Shown: in pieces, positions 9,591 to 21,361 of the stretch | How the letters are laid out: each line of letters opens with the position of its first letter | Position numbering within the stretch: position 1 is the first letter of the stretch | Assembly (NCBI GenBank): GCA_963778945.1 | Contig: CAVZWL010000005.1 | Coordinates: 2,062-66,061 of the forward strand | Direction: 5' to 3' | DNA from: Ignavibacteriota bacterium | Lineage (GTDB): Bacteria; Bacteroidota; Ignavibacteria; UBA10030 | Length of the DNA stretch: 64,000 nt | The notes under the pieces: model-generated | Database searches by the model: none | The model's input: only the letters and a program-made list of their open reading frames with translations | Told to the model about the DNA's origin: nothing | Position numbers and translations under genes: made by a program

Positions 9591-10586
9591 ATGTCTATGC
9601 GATACTACACGCCTGTTTTAATTTTTTTATTTATTTTGGGTCATTTGAGCCCGCAAAAGTCGGTATGCCAGACAGCGAATCATATCGTTATTAGTGAGGT
9701 CTACGGCGGCGGGGGAAATGCAAAAGCGCCGTATAAAAATGATTTTATTGAATTGTATAATCCTGCCTCTTCTGCAGTGAATTTGACAGGATGGTCCGTT
9801 CAATATGCATCCGCCGCTGGTTCTAAATGGAACGTGACCGTATTGGACGGCTCTATTGCTGCCCACGGCTTCTATCTCATTCAAGAAGCTTCAGGCGGAC
9901 ATGACACCGCTTCTCTTCCTGTCCCCGATAAAGCGGACAGCATCAATTTAAGCGCAACGTCCGGGAAAATTGTTCTCTGTGCTGCGGCAATTGCCCTTAC
10001 CGATACAAATCCGACCGGAGCAGCGATCATAGATAAAGTGGGTTATGGAACGGCCAACGGTTTTGAAGGCACAGCAGCAGCGCCAAGTCCGTCGAGCGGC
10101 AATACAAAATCGATCGAACGTAAAGCACAAGCGAACTCAACAGCATCTTCGCTTGCACCGGGCGGCGTCGATGCATCCAACGGCAATGGACAGGACACCG
10201 ATAATAACTCGTCGGATTTTGTCGTTCAATCGAATATCAATCCGCAAAATTCCGCCTCCCCTCCTGAAAATCCGGCTGTTGATTTTATAGAAGGGCATTC
10301 CCAAAAAAAATCATCAGCCGCTTCTTATGCAACATTGAATAATTTCCCGAATCCGTTTAATCCGGCAACGTCTATAACATTTACCGTGGCGGAAAGAGGG
10401 CATACGACAGTGAAAGTGTTCGATCTTCTCGGCCGTGAAATTGCATTACTGTTCAACGGATTTGCAGAGCCAAACCGGACTTATATTCTTTCGTTCGATG
10501 CATCAAAATTGAGCAGCGGAATTTATATCTATCAAATGAATTGCGAGGATAAGGTCGAAACAAAAAAAATGCTTCTGATGAAATAG
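9591..10586 (+). CDS. Secreted lamin-tail-domain protein with T9SS C-terminal sorting domain
   Basis: Signal peptide, HIVISEVYGGGGN...DFIELYNP...LTGWSVQYASAAG, C-terminal NFPNPFNPATSI...LSSGIYIY...KKMLLMK. Confidence 0.85.
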   Translation: MSMRYYTPVLIFLFILGHLSPQKSVCQTANHIVISEVYGGGGNAKAPYKNDFIELYNPASSAVNLTGWSVQYASAAGSKWNVTVLDGSIAAHGFYLIQEASGGHDTASLPVPDKADSINLSATSGKIVLCAAAIALTDTNPTGAAIIDKVGYGTANGFEGTAAAPSPSSGNTKSIERKAQANSTASSLAPGGVDASNGNGQDTDNNSSDFVVQSNINPQNSASPPENPAVDFIEGHSQKKSSAASYATLNNFPNPFNPATSITFTVAERGHTTVKVFDLLGREIALLFNGFAEPNRTYILSFDASKLSSGIYIYQMNCEDKVETKKMLLMK

Positions 10587-10682
10587 TATCAAGTGATCGG
10601 CAAGAAAAAGACCTCATTATCTCCGGATGACCTTCGCAAGGTGTTCTATGCAGATTATTCCGTTACTCAGGTCAAGGAACTT

Positions 10683-11610
10683 TTAAGGAATCCAGCCGTT
10701 CGTTCGAAGCCATACAATACATGCTGCAGGCCATCCCGATTCGGCGGTTTTTGGCCGGCCCAGACCAAATCCATGACCGCCTGTTTGATAGATATGGAGT
10801 TCCGCTCGGAATATGATGCTGGAGCAAAGCCAGATAATAGCTCAGGCTATTTGCTATTGGAACAGCCTGATCGTCGGAAGCATGAACGATAAACGCCGGA
10901 GGTGAATCATCCGAGACATGCAGTTCGTTTGAAAATTTTTCTACTAAAGATTCTTCCGGATGTGTACCGAGCAGCATCTCTCGCGTGCCGCCGTGGGAAA
11001 TATTTTTATTCATCGAAATGACCGGATAGACCAAGACGGAAAAATCGGGACGAGCATCAATACGATCCGCTGACGTATAGACACTGTCCTTGAATCGTGT
11101 GCACAGAGTCGATGCAAGATGTCCTCCTGCAGAAAAGCCCATAATGCCGATTTTTTCCGGATCAAGAAACCATGAAGAAGCATGACGTCGAATAATGCGC
11201 ATTGCTTCTTGGGCATCCTCCAAAGGACCGATACTTTTATCGATCATAATGCTGTCCGAAGGCAGCCGGTATTTGAGAATCACGGCCGTTATGCCGTTCT
11301 CGTTGAGCCAGCGGGCTATTTCGTATCCCTCATTGACGATCGATACATATCGATATCCGCCGCCAGGGCATATAAGAATAGCGGCTCCTGTAGATTTTTC
11401 TTTTGGAGCCTGATAAACAAGTATCTCGGGATCTGTGATTTTTTCAATGCAGTCTTTTCCCCATGGACGGGAAATATTTTCACAATATCCGGGACAAGGT
11501 ATGGAACCCGGGATTCCATGAGGCCAGATCTTTAATGTCAATGTTTGGCCTATGACGTTGTGTGTCCATATGATGCCGCTCATGAATAAGAAAAAATAAA
11601 TTTTTTTCAT
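10683..11610 (-). CDS. Secreted alpha/beta hydrolase (xylan/pectin esterase-like; frameshift near 10800)
   Basis: ILICPGGGY, GFSAGGH nucleophile elbow, VHASDDQAV. The catalytic His (GGHGFG) is in the shifted frame. Start re-placed at MKKIYFF. Confidence 0.85.
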
Positions 11611-11757
11611 AGAGTGCCGATACGAAGTGAATGTGCAATATTCTAAACAAAATTTTCTTAAAAATACACAGGAAATCAATACAGATGGCGGAACACGATG
11701 CAAACATATGATCAAACACGGGAAACTATTGGATTATCACCGCCGAAGAGGGCACTC

Positions 11758-11859
11758 GTACCGTTTCAAATAAATAAAGTTGTATTTCATTGATAGAAAT
11801 GTCAATGTATTTCGCCGTATATGTCTTATGGAATACAATGTCATTTTTTTGGAAGGCAC
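11758..11859 (-). mobile_element. MITE family A, copy 2
   Basis: Reverse complement reads CTC|GTGCCTTCCAAAAAAATGACATTGTATTCC...TTATTTATTTGAAACGGTAC|GAG. Confidence 0.75.
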
Positions 11860-11903
11860 GAGCATAAAAGAGGGCGATGGATAATCGAACAATGATCCGG
11901 CTT

Positions 11904-14835
11904 TTACTGTGAAACGTCGATATAAACAGTTCTTTTAAAGTCGGGATCCGTATTAAGAAATGAAAAGTCGATATTCAGGAGCTCCGCATATCGATAGTCC
12001 GAAGCCAGAGCTTTTTTTAAAAAAGCCAGCGCTTTCGTTTTATTCTTTTGAATACTGTACATATTTGCAGTGCGGAAAAGTATGTCTGCGTCCGTGCTGT
12101 CCGCCGTAATCGCTCTGTTTATTTCCGCCTCGCCGTCGGAAAATTCTCCGAGCCTTGAAAGGAAAAGTGCGGCATAGGCATGGGCTTGGGCATCAAGCGG
12201 ATTTTTGTCCAGAATTTCTTTTGCAAGAGCATAACCATCTTTCAGCCATTGTCGAGCTGTATCAATTTGCGTTGCCCATTGATAGGCCTGCCCGATTTTA
12301 TAATAGAGTCGGTAATCATTCGGATAACTATGGATTTGTTCCTTGTAATAATCGATGGATTTTCCGGCTTCGCCGCAGACTAATCGCGCCTGAGAAATCA
12401 AGTCTAGGGCAAGGGCTGAATCGGGATAGCCCAGGCGAATCGCTTTGCCGTAATAGTTCACCGCGTCGCTGTCCGAATGCTTAAACTCTGAAGTAAGGCC
12501 GAGGAGATAGTAGTGTCCTCGGATTTCGAGGGTCGAGGGCAGCCAAAATTTTTGCCTGCTGGAGAGCATCTTCTTCCTTTCCTTCCCGGAGGAGAATCAA
12601 TGCGTTTTCTTCATGTGCAAGTGCAGACGAAGGCGCCAATCGAAGAGCATTGTCGATGGAGTTCTTCGCTCTTGGTATGCTGCCTTCGAAGCGCAGCGAC
12701 CTTGCGCGTAAGAGAGAGGGCAAAGGGATCTTCTTCTTTTATCTGTCCGGGAGCATGCATGATCGCTGCTGCTTGCGTAAGATATTCTGTTCTTCTGCGT
12801 CAAATCGAAGAGTTGATAATAGCATAAAGCCGCCTGAAAATGCGCTTCGATGAATGCATGATCGTGCCGAAATGCAGATTCAAAAAGAGATGCACACGTC
12901 TGGAGCGTTTGCCGGTCTACGGAGGGCATCGATGCGACGGCCTGAATATAAAACTCGAAAGCCTCCGGCGAAGAAGTGGGACGTTCAAGAGCAGGAAGAG
13001 CCGGCCGGATATCGAGGTCCTTGATGAGCGATTCGGCCAGCATATTCTGTACCCGGTAGAACTCGGTTATTTCTGCACCTGTCTTGAAAGAACACACAAT
13101 CGAATGATTTTCCTGATCGATAACCCAGCAGGAAATGAGAAATCCTGTTTGCGATTTTTCGATAGATCCGGTAACGATATATTGAGCCTGCATTGTCTGG
13201 GCAATGGATTTCATGTAAGCTGCAGAGGGCTCAAAGCCGACCGTTGAAGAAGGAGCGATAACGGTGATGTGTTCACAGCGGGCGATGTTGTCAGCAAGAA
13301 GTTTTGGAAATGCTTTTAAGAGAGCCTCATCTGTGCCGGAAAGAGAGTTGGATGTAAATCCTACGACAGCAATCGATGCGGTTTTCGGGAAATAATAATC
13401 GATCGCTTTTATTGCTGCGATAGCGAGGGCAAGAAGAGCTGCAAGTGAACAGGCCGATTTTTATAAGGCGATTTGAATATTGAGCCTTGTGTCCGTTCCT
13501 GCCGTGCAATCGTCTTCCTTTCCCGTTTTTCTTTCAGTTCTTTGCGTAAATGTTCAAGACGATACTGCCGATGTAATTCTTCGGTGTGTGCAGCTTCGTA
13601 CCTGAGACGTTCTCTGTGTGCACGCTCGGCCTCGTGAAGTTCGACTTCAGTGAGACGTGCTTCTTGGTGATTGGGATTGATGAGATAGAGTTCCCGCAGC
13701 GTGAATAAAGCTTCTTGGAATTCTTCCCTCGTAATGTGTTCGCGTGCAATGTCGAGAAGATGCATGTGTTTTTCGTTCGTTTTCACTGATCGGTTTTTCT
13801 TTCAACTCGCTGACGGCTCTTTCGGCTTTTTCCTGTTTTTGCCGGAGATCCTCGATCTGCAGAAGCAGCTGCTGTGCCCCGAGATGAAGCGGAAAAACAT
13901 GAAAGTATTTTCTTTACTTCCTCTTCGGCTTCTTGCAATGCGCCTTTTTCCAAGAATGACTTTGGCGTTTGTATAGAAATTCTGGGCTTCGAGCCTCTTT
14001 TGGATCATGGGTTTGCGCCTGGGATGCCGGATTGCGGAGTGTTCAGCTTCAGATGCTTCCTTGAGCGTTTGCTCTGCCTCGTCAAGATTTCCTTTTTGAA
14101 CGCTCTTTTCAGCCTTTGCATAGAGATTTTCGATTTCCTTCTTTCGTTTCTTTTCGGATTGAATCTCTTCCTGCAAAGTTTTTTGACGTATTTGTTCGAT
14201 ATGCTGAGCTTCTTCCGTCTCCGGCTGAAGTCGCCGGATCGACCAGATGTTTCTCCTGCAAAAGCACAGCACTGCTCGATGGAACGGCTAATGCCGGTAT
14301 ATCATCAATCAATATTTCATGAACTTCTACATTCTCCGGTACGCCTTTAAAAGAAAGGGGACCCAAACTGAAAACCCTATGAAGGCAGCTTGTTCTTCAT
14401 TTGCTGGTAGATATCATGAGAAATAAGAATTCTGTTCGGTTGAGCAAGAGCTTCTATCAGCGAGGCAAGCGTAACGCAATCTCCAACAATGTTATCGTCT
14501 TGAACCAGAACATCTCCCATGTGAATTCCGATTCGAATTTCAATCTTGGCTGACGGTGATTTATTATCATTGAATGTCCAGAATCGCTGCTGAGCTTCGA
14601 CAGCACATCGTACGGCATTAACTGAACTTTTAAAGTCGAACATGAACAAGTCGCCGACGCATTTAAGAACTCGTCCGCCGAATCTCGTACTGAGGATGCG
14701 CATAAGGCCGTCGTACGACTTGAGAAGCGTCATAGCAGAGGTTTCATTTTCGGCAAGCTTTTGCGAAAATGACGAAATGTCTGCGAACATGATAGCGGCA
14801 AGTTTCCGGGAATATTGAAGTGAAGTTTCTGTCAC
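11904..14835 (-). CDS. Class III adenylate/guanylate cyclase with coiled-coil, TolB-N-like and TPR domains (many frameshifts)
   Basis: RKLAAIMFADISSFS, KCVGD, IRIGIHMGDV. Fragments 14377..14835, 14109.., 13802.., 13409.., 12597.., 12481.. and 11904.. are collinear. Confidence 0.75.
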
Positions 14836-14877
14836 GAGAAGCGGCTTTCCCTTTTGAATAAATTTCTCCTAATGTAT

Positions 14878-14906
14878 AAAATACACCGATGAAGGAAGAA
14901 TGTCAA
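14878..14906 (-). promoter_or_regulatory. Sigma70-type promoter of the cyclase gene
   Basis: TTGACA-N17-TATTTT on the minus strand. Confidence 0.55.
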
Positions 14907-14988
14907 TAAAACAAACAATATTTTCTGTAATGTTCAGATGTATGTGCGTGCGAAAAATGCAATTTGTACGAAAATTCAAAGAATCAAT

Positions 14989-15020
14989 AAAAAGAGCCGT
15001 TCTTAAGACGAGCGGCTCTT
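14989..15020 (-). terminator. Intrinsic terminator after ackA
   Basis: AAGAGCCGCTC-loop-GAACGGCTCTTTTT on the minus strand. Confidence 0.65.
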
Positions 15021-15044
15021 CATGCAATGTGAAGTTCTGTCGCG

Positions 15045-16292
15045 TTACTTTCGGCTGCGGCGCACTGAGAACGCAGCGAACTGTATCGCGCGCAATGAGC
15101 AGTTCTTCATTGGTCGGAATGACGAATACTTTCATGCGGCTGTCCTTTTTATTGATTTCGCCTTCCATGCCGCCGACTTTTTCGGAATTCAATTGTTCGT
15201 CGATTTCAATGCCGAGCCATTCAAGGTTGGCACAGATGCGCTGGCGAACGATGACGGAATTCTCGCCGATACCGCCGGTGAAAACAATGGCATCTGCTCC
15301 GTTCATTTCCGCAAGATAGGAACCGATATATTTTTTAACACGCTGGGCAAACATATTGATTGCAAGCGTAGCGCGGCGGTCTTGATGCTCCCGCGCTTCT
15401 TCCAGCAGGTCGCGCATATCGTTGGTCAATCCGGAAATGCCGAGCAAGCCTGATTGCTTGTTTAGCAGCGCGTCGATTTCATTCATCGACATGCCTTCTT
15501 TGTGGGAAAGAAATTCGAGGACAGCCGGATCAATATCGCCGCAGCGCGTCCCCATGACCAATCCCTCCAGCGGGGAAAGTCCCATGGACGTGTCGAACGA
15601 AGCGCCGCTTTTAATGGCGCAGGCAGAACATCCGTTGCCGAGATGTACTGTAATGATGTTTGTTTCTTCCCGCGACTTGCCGGTCAGCTGCCGGTAGCGG
15701 TAAGCAACATAGCGGTGCGAGGTTCCGTGGAATCCATAACGCCGTATTTTATGCCTGCGATAGAGCTGGTAAGGAATTGCATAGAGAAAGGAAGTTTCAG
15801 GCATGGTCGAGTGGAACGATGTATCGAACACAACTGCCTGGGGAATGCCGGTGCCGAAAACTTCACGCGATGCCGTTATGCCTTTGAGGTTCGCAGGGTT
15901 ATGCAGCGGTGCAAGATCGATGCAGTCTTCTATCCCGTGAATGACATTGTCGTCGATTAACGTGGAATTCGTGAAACGTTCCGCACCATGAACAACACGA
16001 TGTCCGACGGCATGAATATCGTTCAAAGATTGAATGCCCGGAATTTGTGCTTCCTCGGAAATAATCCATTTGATAATATGATCCAGAGCAGCTTTATGGT
16101 CGCGCAAGGGAGCAGCATGTTTCACAGGAGATTTGCCGGTTGCCTGCAGCGTCACAAGCGCCTGGCTGCCGATACGTTCGATCAATCCTTTGGCAAGTTG
16201 TTTGTCGCGTTTTTTTCGATTATTTGCAGATCGGTTTGAATGATCTGAAATTTGAGCGAGGAACTGCCGCAATTCAAGACGAGTACATTCAT
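15045..16292 (-). CDS. ackA: Acetate kinase (frameshifts near 16215 and at the 3' end)
   Basis: MNVLVLNCGSSSLKFQ at 16292, VGHRVVHG, APLHNPANL, RYGFHGTSH, HLGNG, VFTGGIGENS, IPTNEEL. Confidence 0.93.
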
Positions 16293-16461
16293 AAATTATC
16301 TTTTCTTCGATAAGTTGGTTTTGATTAAAAATGATATTTCTTCTATCGTTTTGTGTTAAAAAGCCGCTATAACGTACGGTTTTGTTGCTGAAAACACAAC
16401 ATACTGTTTTTGCATTATCGAGGCATATTTGATGTATTTTTTTTAACTTTAATGGAGAATT

Positions 16462-18501
16462 ATGAAAAAATACACCCTCAAACCGCTTCCCGATGATCGC
16501 CTCCATCTCATCCAGCCCTCGAATCTCCGCATTCAATATAAAAAGGAATTGAATCCTGCACAGTACTGAGGCGGTCACTTCCGTCAATGGCCCTCACCTT
16601 ATCATTGCAGGCGCCGGCACCGGTAAAACACGCACGATCGTGTATCGTGTCGCTTACCTTGTGGAACTCGGAGTGCGGCCCGATGCGATATTGCTGCTGA
16701 CCTTTACACGCAAAGCAGCACAGGAAATGCTTCGTAAAGCGTCCATTGCGCTGGACAGCAGATGCGAGCAGGTTTCAGGCGGAACGTTTCATTCGTTTGC
16801 CAATAGTATTTTGCGCAAATATCCGGCTGAAGTCGGATTCGAGCGCAATTTTACAATACTCGATCAAACGGATGCGGAAGATGTTGTAAATCTTATCCGC
16901 ACGAAAATGAAATTCGATACACGGGAAAAACGCTTTCCCCGGAAAGAAACACTGTACGATCTGTACAGCCGGTCGTTCAATACACTGACTCCTCTCAAAG
17001 AGATATTGGCGCTCGATTATCCGCAGTACATCGAGCAAGAAGCGGATATTACGGCGTTGCACGCCGCTTTTACAATGTATAAGCGGGAACATAATTTGAT
17101 GGATTATGACGATTTGCTTTTTCATCTGGCGGAGCTGCTCCGGAAGAATAAACCGGTCAGGGAGATTTTATCGGACCGGTTCAAATACATTATGGTCGAT
17201 GAATATCAGGATACCAATAAAGTGCAGGCGGAAATCGTAACGTCTGCTCGCGAACAAGCACAGGAATATTATGGTCGTCGGGGACGACGCGCAGTGTATT
17301 TATTCGTTTCGTGGATCGACTATCCGGAATATTCTCACATTCGGGGAAGAATATCCGGATTGCAGAATCATCAAACTTGAGGAAAATTACCGAAGCACAC
17401 AGCCGATTCTAAATCTTGCAAATGAAATATTAAAACACGGAACTCCGGTCCAATAGTTTCCACGGAATGCGTATGTATACCAAAGAACTTTATACAAAGA
17501 AAACCGGCGGGGAATTGCCTCAGCTCGTTGCAGCGGAAAACGAAAACATGCAGTCCCGGTTTGTCGTTCAGAAAATACTGGAATTCCGCGAGATGGGCGT
17601 TCCGCTCGAAGAGATTGCGGTGCTGTTCCGGTCATCGTTCCATTCATTCGATCTGGAAATCGAACTCGCAAAGGCAAATCATTCCGTTTCTGAAATTCGG
17701 CGGATATAAATTTATCGAAACCTCTCATGTAAAAGACGTAATTGCATATTTGCGCGTCTTGGAGAACCCGCAGGATGTGGTTTCATGGAACCGTATTTTA
17801 CTGCTTATCGACGGCGTGGGGCCTCGCACAGCGGAAAAAGTGGTCGATGACATCCTGAAACGGCGCGTAGGATTGGCAAAAGAATTCAGGGAAGCGGTTA
17901 CGGCAACGACAAAATTCTGGATGGACTACGGGAATTATCCGGATCAGGTTAAAAAACTCTTTGAAGTTCTAAAAGAAGTCGTTTCGGTCAAAAATTCTCC
18001 GGCCGAGAAGACGGAATCATATTCTTGCGTTATTATGAGCCGATTCTTCGTGTCCGGTATGAAGATCATCAAAAACGGAAAAAGGACCTGGAGACTTTTC
18101 AAAATATTACCGAACGCTATACGTCGGTCGGTGAATTGCTGACCGATCTGGCTCTTGAACCGCCGAACGAAAGTGTTTCGGACATCGAGTCGCCGGGACG
18201 GGAAACTGAATTCTTGACGCTTTCCACCATTCATAGTGCAAAAGGATTGGAGTGGAATACGGTTATCATTATTTATGCGCTCGAGGGACGTTTTCCGGCA
18301 ATGCGTGCCGCTGCCAGCGATGAAGAGATGGAAGAAGAACGCCGCCTTATGTACGTTGCATGCACACGGGCAAAAGAACACCTTATGATAACATACCCGA
18401 TGAATATCTACGATCGTGAGAGCGGGCTGATTCTTACAAAACCGTCCCGTTTTCTGGCGGGAATAAATGAACAGCTTCTTGAACCGTGGGTTGTCGATTG
18501 A
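16462..18501 (+). CDS. UvrD/PcrA-family ATP-dependent DNA helicase (several frameshifts)
   Basis: AGAGTGKT, MVDEYQDTN, VGDDAQCIYSFRG, LEENYRS, STIHSAKGLEW, EERRLMYVACTRA. Confidence 0.9.
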
Positions 18502-19017
18502 AGCCGCAGCGATGCGTCATACTTGCCGCTGGAATGGCGCGAAGGCTGCAGCCGTTGACCGATCATACTCCTCAATGTCTTTTAGATGTGCAGGGCAAAC
18601 CGCTGCTCCAGCGCATACTTGAAAGACTATTCTCTGCCGGCATAGACGACGCAGCGCTGGTTGTGGGTTTTCAATCCGAACTTGTTCGTTCCTTCGTCAA
18701 AAGCACTTTCCCCAACAAACGGATTCGGTACATCTTCAACCCGAACTATCACACAACCAACAATGCGTACGGTGAATCCATCGGAATAGCATCGTTTTCC
18801 CCCGAACTGTACGGAACAATTATTTTCCATCTTGCATGAACGTGTACGCGCGGGTGCAGGCCGTACAGAATTTTATGAAGCATCGTTTCAAGCTCTGATT
18901 GAAAAAGGCGTCTGCGTAAGGGCGGCGGATGTCGGAACGCAACCCATGCTTGAAATCGATACTCAAGAAGATTATGACCGGGCGCTTCTTATGTGCCGCT
19001 GGGATGAGATCGAATGA
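18498..19017 (+). pseudogene. LicC/IPCT-like nucleotidyltransferase with internal in-frame deletion and a frameshift
   Basis: VILAAGMARRLQPLT, NPNYHTTNNAY joined directly to GESIGI, C-terminal EIDTQEDY. The central DxD segment is absent. Confidence 0.6.
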
Positions 19018-19883
19018 GCTACGCATATCGAAACTCAATTAAATCCGAACTTTCAGACGAACTCATCAATACGTATGCAATTCGCCCGTTTGCCGGAATG
19101 ATCGTCCGGATGCTGTATCGCACCTCGGTGAGTCCTAATCAACTGACGATGGCATCGATTGCGGCAGGGTTTGCCGCAGCGGTTGTCTATCTTCAGAATT
19201 CTGCTTCCGCTTTTATTTTAGCGGGACTTCTCGTTACCTGTAAAGACATCCTCGATTCTGCCGACGGCCAGCTTGCCCGCGCGAAAAATCAATTCAGCCG
19301 GAGCGGAAGATTTCTCGATTCGATCGGAGATTTTTTGGTCAATGCCGCTCTTTTCTCTGCCATCGGCAAAGTATTGTTCGAACAGAGCGGAATGAGCGTG
19401 ATGTACGTTATAGCATCGGCTGGATTTGCCGGAACGACATTAAGGGTTTCATATCACGTTTACTACCAGACTCGATTTCTTCACCTGCATGAAAAATACG
19501 AGAATAATCGGATAACGGAAGATGTGCGGCTTGAAGATGTTGAACGCGGAGGGAGAGAATTACAACTGCAAAGGATATTTCAAATCATTTATGGTTGGCA
19601 GGACCGGCTGATGCTGCGGATCGATCTCTGGTGCCTTAAAGGGATCCGGCATTCCGGCAAGCAGCGGGAGAGATGGTACACTGACGTAAAAGCACTTCGT
19701 CTTTCGGGGCTGCTCGGTCTTGGGACGGAATTGTTTCTTCTGACGGTCTGCTCTCTTTTCAACCGGCTTTTTCTTTATTGCATTCTCAATATAATAATGA
19801 TGAACGGTATTTTTCTGGCGTCGGTATTCTATCGAAAATTTATTCTCTCCAGAACTCTTTTCCTGGACAAAGAGAAAAATTAA
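19014..19883 (+). CDS. CDP-alcohol phosphatidyltransferase family protein
   Basis: SPNQLT and DILDSADGQLAR...GRFLDSIGD signature. Confidence 0.9.
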   Translation: MSYAYRNSIKSELSDELINTYAIRPFAGMIVRMLYRTSVSPNQLTMASIAAGFAAAVVYLQNSASAFILAGLLVTCKDILDSADGQLARAKNQFSRSGRFLDSIGDFLVNAALFSAIGKVLFEQSGMSVMYVIASAGFAGTTLRVSYHVYYQTRFLHLHEKYENNRITEDVRLEDVERGGRELQLQRIFQIIYGWQDRLMLRIDLWCLKGIRHSGKQRERWYTDVKALRLSGLLGLGTELFLLTVCSLFNRLFLYCILNIIMMNGIFLASVFYRKFILSRTLFLDKEKN

Positions 19884-20921
19884 ACTGAAGCAGAAGCTGC
19901 AATAGTTTTTCGAAGCTGACGAAATCGCTTCAGTTTTCCGCGGATTGTGGAAAGCAGGGTTTTCTCTGAAATCGGTTTCATAAGATAATCATCCACTCCC
20001 AATTCTTTTCCCGTGCGCACCAGAGCTTCATCTGTAAGTCCCGTGAGGAAAATAAACGGGACATTTTGAATATCTTTCAATTCCTGTGTTTTCTCATAAA
20101 AGGTAAATCCGCCCATTGTCGAAGTTTCAAGATTAATATCGCACAGAATGAGGTCGGGGATGAATTTGCGCAGGAGCGAAAATGCTTCATCGGATGTTGT
20201 CAAAGCAATGACATCGTATCCCGAGTCTTCGAACGATGTGGCGAGTAATTCCAATAATCGCGCATCGTCGTCGATAACGAGAATTTGTTCTTTTTTCTTC
20301 CGGCTTTGTAAAGAAGGGATATGCGGCTCTCGAATATTTTTCTGCGGTTCAACTTTAAGAATTTTTTCCGGTTGTTCTTCAAGAACGGTTTCCTTCTCCG
20401 TGATGATCGGATTTGCCGGGTTATTTGCCGAATTTTCCTTCTGGATGTCCAGTCTGATCTGTTTTTCCAGGATGTAATGATCCATTTCTTGAATGCCGAG
20501 AACGGCACGCAGTTCACGGAGCTGAATTTCTCCGGCCGGATCGAGTACGCCTGTTTTCCATGCATCTCTTAATGCTGCCTGGTATATCGTTATTTCTTCA
20601 AGCGTGGGTATTGTTTTACGATCCTGTGTATCGGCAGTCTGTTCAACTTCGGCTAATACGGGTTCCGGCGGAACGGGAGGAGGCGTTATCTTTGGGCGGG
20701 AGATTTGTCTTCATCAAAAGAATCCGTTCTTCGAGAGCCAGCGTGTAGGCATTCCGCGGTTCTACTTCTTTAGCATGGGCTATTTCTGCCAGCGCTCTTT
20801 CAAGATCGCCTTTCTTAATAAGCTGATCGACCCTCTTTAAAATTTCACTGACAATGGTTTTATTGTCATCTCGTGATGTCAACTCAAGTCCTGAAATAGC
20901 TTCTTGACGAAACTTGACCAA
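19880..20921 (-). CDS. Response regulator with N-terminal TPR-like region and C-terminal receiver (frameshifted)
   Basis: ILVIDDD, PDLILCDINL, FIFLT, DYLMKP. Upstream fragment DLERALAEIAHAKEVEPRNAY. Confidence 0.75.
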
Positions 20922-20943
20922 TCATATGTTCAACTCCTCCAGC

Positions 20944-21162
20944 TCAGTTAATTGCCGTATGAATCTTATTGTTTGTTTCTTCACTAAGCAGCAGAGCTGC
21001 GTTGAGACCTGCATTCAGGCCGGACGTGTAGCTTAATGCAGCTACGCGCAATGCCAGCTGTTTGAACGATTCGTCCGTGCCCAGGCTTTCCTCAAGTAAC
21101 GCGTAAACCGTTTGAGTTATATAATCCGGGATATCGGGGTTTTTTTTATGTTTTATGTCCAT
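20944..21162 (-). CDS. Small hypothetical protein
   Basis: 72-aa helical ORF directly upstream of the response regulator. Confidence 0.5.
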   Translation of the reverse strand: MDIKHKKNPDIPDYITQTVYALLEESLGTDESFKQLALRVAALSYTSGLNAGLNAALLLSEETNNKIHTAIN

Positions 21163-21361
21163 GGTTTTCTCGCATTATTTATTTTATACTGAAAGGCTCA
21201 AGTTCTGTTCCCAAATTATTTTTCCGGAATGGAATTTGAAAAGTCCCCTTTTTACTCTAAAAAGAAGAGAGCATGTTTGCCATGAGCTGTTTTTCTTGTT
21301 TGAGCGGGGTAGATTGTAGAAATGAAAAAGAATGTCGCTCGATTAAAATATCGACATGAAA

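Noticed and set aside
14869-16587. 572-aa extended acetate kinase
   Set aside because: The extensions are artefacts of frameshifts. The true start is MNVLVLNCGSSS at 16292 and a terminator lies at 14989-15020.
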